A DNA stretch of 64,000 nt from Bacillales bacterium UBA7581 (GTDB taxonomy: Bacteria; Bacillota_I; Bacilli_A; RFN20; CAG-826), in NCBI GenBank assembly GCA_002477825.1, contig DLKT01000045.1, positions 2,126 through 66,125 on the forward strand. The letters are read 5' to 3'. Positions 35,762-43,508 of this stretch are shown piece after piece (position 1 is the stretch's first letter; each line of letters opens with the position of its first letter). The position numbers were made by a program, and so were the translations under genes. A model generated the notes under the pieces. That model made no database searches. It saw only the letters and a list, made by a program, of their open reading frames with translations, and was not told the DNA's origin.

Positions 35762-36447
35762 TTTCCCCCTATAAATACAAAATGCGTGGCTTTTTTAAAG
35801 CCTTTCCATAGCACTTTTATAAAAGCATTCATACCTGCTACAGTTAAAATAGCTACAACCATTAAAAGAATGGCAATTCCACCTTGGAATAAAGCGGTAA
35901 AGAGTTGTGCGTTAATCCCTTGAAAAACCGCGCATACTAAGACAAATAAAGCATACAGTAATGCGGTAATCACGCCCAAAAAGAATGCTCCATATCCGAT
36001 TGTAAATAAAAGAGCAACCAATAAGAAGAGACCTAAAAACAATATCCAAAGTGGCGCAGTTAAAATCAAGATAAAAGGATTTCTTTTTTTAGACTTTTTT
36101 TCTTCAACTTCTTGTTTATCTTCTTGTTTAACTTCTTGAACGTTATTATTGTTCTGCTCTAAAGATTGAGTTGTTTCTGAATTATCTTTTTCATTATCAC
36201 CTGTGGTTGTTTCATCTACTTGTAATGATTGATGAAACTCACAAGTTGTCGGTTTTCCAACTTCTTCATTGCGAAGAGCAAAATATTGTTGCGCAATTTC
36301 TTGAGGAGTTAAAAATGATTCCGCTTCTTTTTCACTTTGTATGGAAGCCCATTTTTCTTTCCAAGCGGAGATGGTTTTTTCTTTATCTTTACTAGGAATA
36401 TCCTTCAAAAGCAAATCTAATTCATCAAAAAATGCCTTTTCTTCCAT
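35752..36447 (-). CDS. DUF1700 (HAAS-type) membrane protein
   Basis: MEEKAFFDELDLLLKDIPSKDKEKTI...LTPQEIAQQY N-domain, an acidic/Asn-rich linker and a C-terminal multi-TM region. ATG 36447 (AAGGAG RBS) is preferred to the track start 36498. Confidence 0.6.
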   Translation of the reverse strand: MEEKAFFDELDLLLKDIPSKDKEKTISAWKEKWASIQSEKEAESFLTPQEIAQQYFALRNEEVGKPTTCEFHQSLQVDETTTGDNEKDNSETTQSLEQNNNNVQEVKQEDKQEVEEKKSKKRNPFILILTAPLWILFLGLFLLVALLFTIGYGAFFLGVITALLYALFVLVCAVFQGINAQLFTALFQGGIAILLMVVAILTVAGMNAFIKVLWKGFKKATHFVFIGGKCK

Positions 36448-36595
36448 TTTCAACCACTCCTTTGTTTCAATTATACAATATAATTTAAACTTATCCACAA
36501 AAATATAAGAATTGTACTATTTTTCCTAATGACTTACACTATAAAATTTTTGACGCATTTTGTAGCATTTTTTCATGAAAGAAACGATTTCTTTC

Positions 36596-36624
36596 TTGAC
36601 AACATATTTTATAAGAATTATATT
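36596..36624 (+). promoter_or_regulatory. Candidate promoter of the YbjN-like gene
   Basis: TTGACA - 17 nt - TATATT. An 8-bp hairpin GAAAGAAA-CGA-TTTCTTTC abuts the -35 box. Confidence 0.45.
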
Positions 36625-36669
36625 TAAGTTATATAACATATATAAACATGAAAGGGAGTGTGTTAAATT

Positions 36670-37134
36670 ATGTTTGGAAAAAAACCAAGTAGTGGTTCCT
36701 CTTCCGGAGGCTTTAAGTTTAAAGGTGTACAAGATGGCTTCTCTGCTCGTGAAGCATTTGCAAAAAAATTAGACGCTGAAAAAATCAAATACGATTTACA
36801 TCAAGAAAAACCAATCGTCTATATTAGTTACAAAGGTGACAATTTCGATGGTTTAACCTTCACATTTATTTTCGATGATGATGGCAAATCCTTTGCATTA
36901 CGTGTCTTCTCCATTGAAAAATTTACACCAGATCAACTTCCAGATGCTTATGAATTCTGCAACTCTATGTGTTATGCTTATCGTTGGTTACGTTTCTATG
37001 TAGACAGCGATAACGAATTCACCGCTGCTTTAGATGCAGTTATTGATGAAAATAACACTGGCGATGTCTGCTATGAATTATTAAGCCGTTCCGTTAGCAT
37101 CGTTGATGATGTTTGCGGAAAAATGCACGAATAA
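36670..37134 (+). CDS. YbjN-like (putative sensory transduction/chaperone-fold) protein
   Basis: 154 aa. Gly/Ser-rich N-terminus, then a pattern typical of YbjN-domain proteins: IVYISYKGDNFDGLTFTFIFDDDGKSFALRVFSIEKF...RWLRFYVDSDNEFTAALD. Confidence 0.5.
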   Translation: MFGKKPSSGSSSGGFKFKGVQDGFSAREAFAKKLDAEKIKYDLHQEKPIVYISYKGDNFDGLTFTFIFDDDGKSFALRVFSIEKFTPDQLPDAYEFCNSMCYAYRWLRFYVDSDNEFTAALDAVIDENNTGDVCYELLSRSVSIVDDVCGKMHE

Positions 37135-37152
37135 TCATAAATTCAACACAAG

Positions 37153-37178
37153 AGACTTCCTAAGGAAGTCTTTTTTTT
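37153..37178 (+). terminator. Intrinsic terminator after the YbjN-like gene
   Basis: AGACTTCC-TAA-GGAAGTCT followed by T8. Confidence 0.8.
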
Positions 37179-37254
37179 AATCTTTTTTACTATATATTTC
37201 TTCTCATAAAATTAAGTAATAATTTAATTTATATATAATCCATATTCCACTCCA

Positions 37255-37289
37255 TAAAAAAACCAACTCCTCATGAAGTTGGTTTTTTT
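37255..37289 (-). terminator. Terminator after tRNA-Gln (bidirectional shape)
   Basis: CCAACT-8 nt-AGTTGG hairpin flanked by A8 and T7 runs. Confidence 0.6.
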
Positions 37290-37290
37290 A

Positions 37291-37365
37291 TGGCTGGGGT
37301 ATCTGGATTCGAACCAGAGCATAGAAGGTTCAGAGCCTACTGCCTTACCACTTGGCCATACCCCA
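37291..37365 (-). tRNA. tRNA-Gln (anticodon CUG), CCA encoded
   Basis: TGGGGTA/TACCCCA acceptor (U1-A72, typical for Gln), anticodon loop CTCTGAA, T-arm TCTGG-TTCGAAT-CCAGA. 75 nt, with one U-U mismatch in the anticodon stem. Confidence 0.85.
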
Positions 37366-37419
37366 AAAAAGCATTCTCATCATAACACATTTTTAGATAA
37401 ATGAGAATGCTAACTTATT

Positions 37420-39879
37420 TTATTTAGCGTCGTAACCGGCTTCTTTAATCTTTTGAATTAGGGCATCTTTATTGATTTCTTCATTTGAATAAACCGTTAA
37501 TTCTTTATTTTCTAAAGAAGCATCTGCCTTTAAAACATGAGCAACGCTTAAAGCGGCATCTTCTACATGTTTTTTGCAGTGAGCACACATCATGCCTTCG
37601 ACTTGAACTTTAGTCTCTATCATTTGTATTTCCTCTTTCTTTTCTATATTTTTCTTTTGGTTTCCTTTAAAACCATAGATGGTTAAAGCATTTAATACTA
37701 CAAATAAACTAGAACAACTCATCGCTAATGAACCAATCATAGGATTCAAACGAATACCTAAAGATGGATATAAAATACCGGAAGCTAAAACGACACCAAT
37801 ACAGTTATAAATAAAAGCCCAGAATAAATTACCACGAATGGTATTTAACACTCTTTTACTTAAATCCATAATGGAGATTAAACCCGATAAATCTTTCTTT
37901 AAAAGAACGATATCACTGGATTCTAAGGCAATATCACTACCGCCACCGATAGCAACACCTAAATCAGCAGAAGATAACGCTAAAGCGTCATTTACTCCAT
38001 CACCAACCATAGCGACAAGTCCTTTGGTTTCTTTTTTTAATTCTTCTACTACATCTTTTTTATCCGTTGGTAAGACTTCTGCACGGACATCTTCAATACC
38101 TACTTCTTTAGCAATCGCTTGAGCGGTATAAAGATGATCGCCCGTCAACATCACTACACGAACACCACGATGACGTAAAGTCGCTATCGTTTCTTTTACA
38201 TTTTCTTTGACTTGATCTTTAATGGCTACTAAACCAACAATTTTTCCATCTTTGGTAATATAAAGGGTGGTTTTCCCTTCTTTAGAAAGGCGTTCCCCTT
38301 CTTTTAAGATTTCTTTATCTTCAAAAGTAACATCTTTTTCATTACCAATAAAGTAAGAATGTCCATCTACTGTAGCTCTTAACCCTTTTCCATTTTCGGC
38401 GGTAAAATCTTGCACTTCTTTTTCTTTTGCGCCTTCTTTTTCTAAAAAGGACACTAATGCTAAGGCTAAGGGGTGTTCAGATTTTTTCTCTAAAGAATAA
38501 ATAGCATCTTTTTCATCTTCGTGATCAAAAGTTAACCAGTCCGTAACTTGTGGTTTACCTTCGGTAATCGTACCTGTTTTATCTAAAACAATCGTAGAAA
38601 TAGAATGCGCTTTTTCTAAAATCTCCGCATTTTTAACTAAAAGGCCAAGTTCTGCACCTTTTCCCGTTCCTACCATAATAGCGACAGGTGTTGCTAAACC
38701 TAAAGCACATGGGCAAGCAATGACTAACATAGAAATCGCATAATTGAAGGCATCTTCAAAAGGCGTTTTAATTAAAAGGTAAATAATAAAGGTAAGAACT
38801 GATAATGAAATAATTACTGGAACAAAGATTCCTGAAATCTTATCGACTAGTTTAGAAATTGGCGCTTTAGAATTACTGGCTTCTTCAACTAAACGGATCA
38901 TCGTATGAATTGAAGTATCTTCGCCCACTTTCGTTGCTCGAATTTGAATGTAACCCGCATTAATAATACTAGAAGATAATACAGAATCTCCTTCTTTTTT
39001 ATAAACCGGTAAACTTTCACCCGTCATGGTAGATTCATCAATAGAAGCACTTCCGCTAATAATAACGCCATCTACAGGAATAGATTCACCTTTTTTAATA
39101 ATGACGATATCATCCAACTTCACTTCTTCTACCGCAATTTCTTTTTCTTCTTGATCAACAAAAATACGGGCTTTTTTCGGCGCTAAATCCATCATTTTTT
39201 GAATGGCTTTGGTTGTTTTCTTTTTAGAAAGACCTTCTAAATATTTCCCTAAACTAACGAGCGTTAAAATCATCGCAGCCGATTCAAAATATAATTGATG
39301 GTGGTATTGATGTACTAAAGCCATATTGTCATTTTGATACCCTTGATAAATTCTTACTAGGGCAAATACACCATAAACTAAAGACGCGGTAGCGCCTAAA
39401 GCAATTAAGGTGTCCATATTGGGAGCGCCTTTAAACAACTTTTTATAACCCGATATAAAGAAATGAAAATAAATAATCACCGCGGGTAACGTTAAAAGTA
39501 GTTGTGCTAAAGCAAAGGCAAAAACATGTTGATCACCATCTAAAAATGGTGGTAAAGGAAGTCCCACCATATGTCCCATAGAAACATACATGAGGAGTAA
39601 CAAAAAAACAAAACTAATAATTAAGCGAATTAACGCCTTATCTTTTTTCTTAGTTTCCTTTTCATTTCCCTTGGGAATATAGGCTTTATAACCTGCTTTA
39701 TGTACCGCTTTTTCGATTTCTTCTTGCGATAATATTTCTTCATTCCACTCCACTTCCATCGTGTTCGTTAATAAGCTAACATTAACAGAAGTAATTCCAT
39801 TTAAACTAGAAACGGCTTTTTGCACGTGACTTTGACAAGCGGCACAAGACATTCCTTCCACATTAAAAATTTTTTTCAT
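37420..39879 (-). CDS. copA: Copper-translocating P1B-type ATPase with HMA domains at both termini
   Basis: N-terminal GMSCAACQSHV, TM CPC motif (ACPCALGLATP), DKTGTIT, GDGVNDA, and a second HMA at the C-terminus (GMMCAHCKKHV). Confidence 0.9.
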   Translation of the reverse strand: MKKIFNVEGMSCAACQSHVQKAVSSLNGITSVNVSLLTNTMEVEWNEEILSQEEIEKAVHKAGYKAYIPKGNEKETKKKDKALIRLIISFVFLLLLMYVSMGHMVGLPLPPFLDGDQHVFAFALAQLLLTLPAVIIYFHFFISGYKKLFKGAPNMDTLIALGATASLVYGVFALVRIYQGYQNDNMALVHQYHHQLYFESAAMILTLVSLGKYLEGLSKKKTTKAIQKMMDLAPKKARIFVDQEEKEIAVEEVKLDDIVIIKKGESIPVDGVIISGSASIDESTMTGESLPVYKKEGDSVLSSSIINAGYIQIRATKVGEDTSIHTMIRLVEEASNSKAPISKLVDKISGIFVPVIISLSVLTFIIYLLIKTPFEDAFNYAISMLVIACPCALGLATPVAIMVGTGKGAELGLLVKNAEILEKAHSISTIVLDKTGTITEGKPQVTDWLTFDHEDEKDAIYSLEKKSEHPLALALVSFLEKEGAKEKEVQDFTAENGKGLRATVDGHSYFIGNEKDVTFEDKEILKEGERLSKEGKTTLYITKDGKIVGLVAIKDQVKENVKETIATLRHRGVRVVMLTGDHLYTAQAIAKEVGIEDVRAEVLPTDKKDVVEELKKETKGLVAMVGDGVNDALALSSADLGVAIGGGSDIALESSDIVLLKKDLSGLISIMDLSKRVLNTIRGNLFWAFIYNCIGVVLASGILYPSLGIRLNPMIGSLAMSCSSLFVVLNALTIYGFKGNQKKNIEKKEEIQMIETKVQVEGMMCAHCKKHVEDAALSVAHVLKADASLENKELTVYSNEEINKDALIQKIKEAGYDAK

Positions 39880-40172
39880 GATTGAAACCTCTTGAATAAG
39901 TCTATGATTTCATCAATTCCATCATAGTCTTCGTCTTGAATTTGCTCAATCAAACAACGATGCATATGGGCTTCTAACATGACGCTTGATAAGCTTTTGA
40001 TGGCTTTATCAACAGCAGAAAGTTGAATTAGGATTTCATCGCAATAGCGATCCTCTTCAATCATTCTTTTAATTCCATTCATTTGCCCGATAATGCGGTT
40101 CATTCGCGCCGTTAATTTTTTCTTTTCTTCTTCGGAGCGTTCCGTTTTCTTTTGACATAAAGAACAACTCAT
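39876..40172 (-). CDS. csoR: CsoR-family copper-sensing repressor
   Basis: 98 aa with RIIGQMNGIKRMIEEDRYCDEILIQLSAV...AHMHRC (Cys-His-Cys ligand set). 4-nt overlap with copA. Confidence 0.85.
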   Translation of the reverse strand: MSCSLCQKKTERSEEEKKKLTARMNRIIGQMNGIKRMIEEDRYCDEILIQLSAVDKAIKSLSSVMLEAHMHRCLIEQIQDEDYDGIDEIIDLFKRFQS

Positions 40173-40196
40173 AAATTATCACCTCAGTCAGTATTA

Positions 40197-40215
40197 TATA
40201 CCCTATATAGGTATA
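40197..40215. promoter_or_regulatory. Candidate CsoR operator inside the cop promoter spacer
   Basis: TATACC-CTATATA-GGTATA inverted repeat. On the minus strand it fills the 17-nt spacer between TTTTCA (-35, 40216-40221) and TATAAT (-10, 40193-40198). Confidence 0.55.
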
Positions 40216-40230
40216 TGAAAAGAAATATTC

Positions 40231-41169
40231 TCACGAATTTTTAAAAACTTTTTTTAATGTCTCAATTCTTAGACGAACGGAATCTTTAGCAATTTTACTT
40301 TTATATATTGCATCATATCCATGTACGGTACCATGGGTAGCATGATAAATAACTGAAATACCATTTTCTTCTAGACGTTGAGCAAATAAAGCACCTTCAT
40401 CATGTAAACAATCGTAATCAGCGGTTTCTAAATAGGTCGAAGGAAAAAACGAAACGTCTTCCTCTTCACTTGGAGAGACTATCTTTTGATCTCCTAATAA
40501 AAACTTCCACATCTTTTGATTTAATTTAGAATTCCATATCGGCGTATCCGTAAACTCTTTCATGGATAAGGTTTCCATTCTTTGATCTAATACCGGATAA
40601 ATTAACATCGCAAAAATTGGTAAAGGTTTATTTTCTTTATGCAGTTTAAAAATCAGACTTGCTGATAAAAATCCCCCTGCTGAATCGCCACCAATCGCGA
40701 TACGCGATCCATCAATATGATATTCTTCTTCATGATTTAAAATATATTCATAAGCATCTTGGCAGTCTAAAAGAGGAATCGGATAAGCATTTTTAGGGGC
40801 TAAACGATAGTCGACAAAAAAGACTTTACATTTTGCTTTTAAAGCGTATTGATAGGCATACATATAATGCGTAGGCGCTGCTTTATTGGTAAATCCTCCC
40901 CCATGAATATATAAAAGAGCGGGCATTTTCTTTTTAACATTTTTCGGTTCAAAAATAAAAAGACGAATTTTGTTTTCATCTCTTGTTTCCACTTTTACTT
41001 TTGAAATCTTGCATTTTCCATCCGAGCGAATCCCTTGAGAAACTAAATCTAAAAAAGAATTTTCTAAACGAAACATCAAGGATGTAGCGGGTGGATTCCA
41101 AATACCTAAAACTTTAAAATCGGGGTGAATATCATACTCTTTCATACTAATTACCTCATTCTTTTTCAT
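40231..41169 (-). CDS. Alpha/beta hydrolase, HSL-type esterase/lipase
   Basis: HGGGF oxyanion motif and GDSAGG nucleophile elbow; 312 aa. Confidence 0.75.
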   Translation of the reverse strand: MKKNEVISMKEYDIHPDFKVLGIWNPPATSLMFRLENSFLDLVSQGIRSDGKCKISKVKVETRDENKIRLFIFEPKNVKKKMPALLYIHGGGFTNKAAPTHYMYAYQYALKAKCKVFFVDYRLAPKNAYPIPLLDCQDAYEYILNHEEEYHIDGSRIAIGGDSAGGFLSASLIFKLHKENKPLPIFAMLIYPVLDQRMETLSMKEFTDTPIWNSKLNQKMWKFLLGDQKIVSPSEEEDVSFFPSTYLETADYDCLHDEGALFAQRLEENGISVIYHATHGTVHGYDAIYKSKIAKDSVRLRIETLKKVFKNS

Positions 41170-41219
41170 TGTAACATAACAAAAAAAAGAGAAAAAGTAC
41201 TACTCCTCTCTTTTGTTTA

Positions 41220-41591
41220 TTAATTTTGTTCTTCTAAACATAATTCATTTTCAATATAGCAACAATGTTCATTTTTTACTTGTAACGTAACATAAGCAAA
41301 ACTGGTCATCGTTTTAGCAAGTAAAATATCATTTACTTCATCAATGAAATCAGAATTTTCAATTTCTTCTTTTTCCTCATCTAAACTAATAACTGTAATT
41401 TCTACTGTACTTCTTAACGCAATCACACTATGGATATGAATCGTTACATCGGCATTTTTTCCATCATGATGAAGGGATAACGCTTTTTTTATCTCTTCTT
41501 CCATTTCTTCTAGATTCGCGTCTTCAACCGAAGAAAAATCATCATCGGAAGCCATTATATCAATAAAAGCAATACGTCTAGGTTCTTCCAT
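41220..41591 (-). CDS. Acidic hypothetical protein (123 aa) translationally coupled to pncB
   Basis: Its ATG lies 1 nt after the pncB stop. Asp/Glu-rich with a C-terminal HCCYIENELC. No recognisable family. Confidence 0.4.
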   Translation of the reverse strand: MEEPRRIAFIDIMASDDDFSSVEDANLEEMEEEIKKALSLHHDGKNADVTIHIHSVIALRSTVEITVISLDEEKEEIENSDFIDEVNDILLAKTMTSFAYVTLQVKNEHCCYIENELCLEEQN

Positions 41592-41592
41592 T

Positions 41593-42804
41593 TTATTTTC
41601 TTCCTTCTAATCTTTTTTCTTCACTAATACGATATTGCACAGCAAATTTTAGATAGTTTAAGTAATTTTCATCTAAGCACATTGTTTTTCCATCGATATC
41701 GGATAACTTAGCAACAGGGCGTCCATTCACGGTTTGTAACTTAATAACAATATTTAATGGTGGGACATCCGTATCATTCGAGCAATAGGTTCCGATACCA
41801 AAAGATACGATGACACGATCTTTGAAATATTCATAAATGTGTTGCGCTTTATCAAAATCTAAGCTATCGCTAAATAAAAGGGTTTTGGTTTTGGGGTCAA
41901 TACCAAATTTTTCATAGTGAGTAATAATTTTTTCTCCCCATACAAAAGGATCACCGGAATCATGACGAACCCCTTTATAAGAGCTTGCATGTAATAAATC
42001 GAAATCTAATAAGAATAAGTCGGTAGTGAGGGTATCCGTTAAAGCAATACCATTATCACCTTTATATTCTTCAATCCAGTCTTGTAAAGCGTAGTGATTG
42101 GTGTACGCTAGTGGGATATCAGAAAAACCTTGAAACATTTGCACGAATTCATGGGCGTAAGTACCAATCGGAGTAATTTTGAATTTTTTTGCTAAGTAAA
42201 CATTTGAGGTTCCCACACAGTTTTTGGTTTTGGTAACAAATTCATGCACCATATATTCTTGCCATTCACGGGATAATCTTCTACGGCAACCAAACTCAGC
42301 AAAGCGGAAAGTATAGGTTCCGTCTTGCATTTTTTTAATTTTCTCGTCTAATCTTCTCTTGGCTGATGTGACTAATTCATCATAATTATATTTCATACGG
42401 AAGTAGACTTCGTTAATGATTTCTAAAAGATAGATTTCAAATTGCATGGCGGAAAAGCATGGTCCTTTTACCACGCATTCTAACTCACCTTTTTCATTTT
42501 TATAACAATTCACATAATCGCGAATCGGATGCCATAAACGTAAAAATTCCACATAGTCATTTTTAATAAAACGAATAGAACGTAAATAATTTAATTCATC
42601 TTTACGGAAACGAAGCGTACAAAGATGATCAATTTGGGCATTGATTTCTTCGACCATTTCATCAGTAAAAACTACATGGTCATTACGACATTTAAAATAA
42701 TATTCACCATTCGCGTCCGTATGCTTATGGAAAATCACTTGGTTCATATTAAACTTATAGAAATCGGTATCTAGTAAGCTAATAATAATTGGTTCAAATT
42801 TCAT
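41593..42804 (-). CDS. pncB: Nicotinate phosphoribosyltransferase
   Basis: MKFEPIIISLLDTDFYKFNM N-terminus, GTYAHEF and FGIGT motifs; 403 aa. Confidence 0.9.
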   Translation of the reverse strand: MKFEPIIISLLDTDFYKFNMNQVIFHKHTDANGEYYFKCRNDHVVFTDEMVEEINAQIDHLCTLRFRKDELNYLRSIRFIKNDYVEFLRLWHPIRDYVNCYKNEKGELECVVKGPCFSAMQFEIYLLEIINEVYFRMKYNYDELVTSAKRRLDEKIKKMQDGTYTFRFAEFGCRRRLSREWQEYMVHEFVTKTKNCVGTSNVYLAKKFKITPIGTYAHEFVQMFQGFSDIPLAYTNHYALQDWIEEYKGDNGIALTDTLTTDLFLLDFDLLHASSYKGVRHDSGDPFVWGEKIITHYEKFGIDPKTKTLLFSDSLDFDKAQHIYEYFKDRVIVSFGIGTYCSNDTDVPPLNIVIKLQTVNGRPVAKLSDIDGKTMCLDENYLNYLKFAVQYRISEEKRLEGRK

Positions 42805-42875
42805 AAAATCACTCCATCATTTTTTTCAAACATAAGCATATCATATTATCTTCTATTATGTTAGTAAAATCATGA

Positions 42876-43355
42876 TTATTTTTCTTTGGTCATCCGCGTT
42901 TTCGCTAATATTTTTAAACTCTCATTTAATAAGTACATTAAATTCTCTAATTCTTCATCGGTTAAGACTTCATATTTTTGCGTTAAGTTTTGTTCGCGCA
43001 TTTTTTGCATCTTATTGACACAATTCTTACCTTCTAAAGAAATCGTAACGATGACTTCTCTACGATTATTTGGATTTAAATAACGAGTCACAAGTCCAAA
43101 ATCCACTAAATTATCGACTAATTTTGTACATTGTTGTTTGGATATTCCTAAAAACTTGGTCAAAATATTCATAGTAACGATTCTTTCTTGGCGGTCCATA
43201 TGATAAAGAAAAGTTACAGTCATGAATTGTAAACTTGATAATTTAGGTGCGTTCATTTCTTCTAATTTAGGCGGGGCAACCATACCTTCTTTAATAAAGG
43301 GGAAAAATTCTAAAGATCCTTGCATGATGGCTTTTATCATTTCTTCTCTTTTCAT
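42876..43355 (-). CDS. MarR-family transcriptional regulator
   Basis: Winged-HTH core ILTKFLGISKQQCTKLVDNLVDFGLVTRYLNPNNRREV; 159 aa. Divergent from an ABC exporter pair. Confidence 0.8.
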   Translation of the reverse strand: MKREEMIKAIMQGSLEFFPFIKEGMVAPPKLEEMNAPKLSSLQFMTVTFLYHMDRQERIVTMNILTKFLGISKQQCTKLVDNLVDFGLVTRYLNPNNRREVIVTISLEGKNCVNKMQKMREQNLTQKYEVLTDEELENLMYLLNESLKILAKTRMTKEK

Positions 43356-43378
43356 GTTTCTATCCTCGTTTCATAAAA

Positions 43379-43407
43379 ATTATAGCTTTAAAAAATTTTA
43401 TTGTCAA
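43379..43407 (-). promoter_or_regulatory. marR promoter
   Basis: Minus strand reads TTGACA - 17 nt - TATAAT. The -35 box lies inside the left arm of the inverted repeat. Confidence 0.65.
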
Positions 43408-43455
43408 CAAAAGTTAAAAGTAAACAAAAATAAATAGTAAACTTTTATTGACAAT
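43400..43455. repeat. 16-bp inverted repeat (candidate MarR operators) spanning both divergent -35 boxes
   Basis: ATTGTCAACAAAAGTT (43400-43415) and AACTTTTATTGACAAT (43440-43455) are reverse complements with one mismatch. Confidence 0.6.
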
Positions 43456-43476
43456 TTAATCAAAAGAATGTAAACT
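43448..43476 (+). promoter_or_regulatory. Promoter of the ABC exporter operon
   Basis: TTGACA - 17 nt - TAAACT. The -35 box lies inside the right arm of the inverted repeat. Confidence 0.55.
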
Positions 43477-43508
43477 CGTTGTATGCTCATATTAAAGGAG
43501 GTTTTTAT

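Noticed and set aside
36526-36772. Possible PadR-type regulator expected upstream of the DUF1700/DUF4097 pair (track ORFs 36526-36732 minus and 36575-36772 plus)
   Set aside because: Neither translation has a winged-helix PadR pattern or an RBS. The plus ORF overlaps the promoter and start of the YbjN-like gene. I treat the region as a divergent promoter region.
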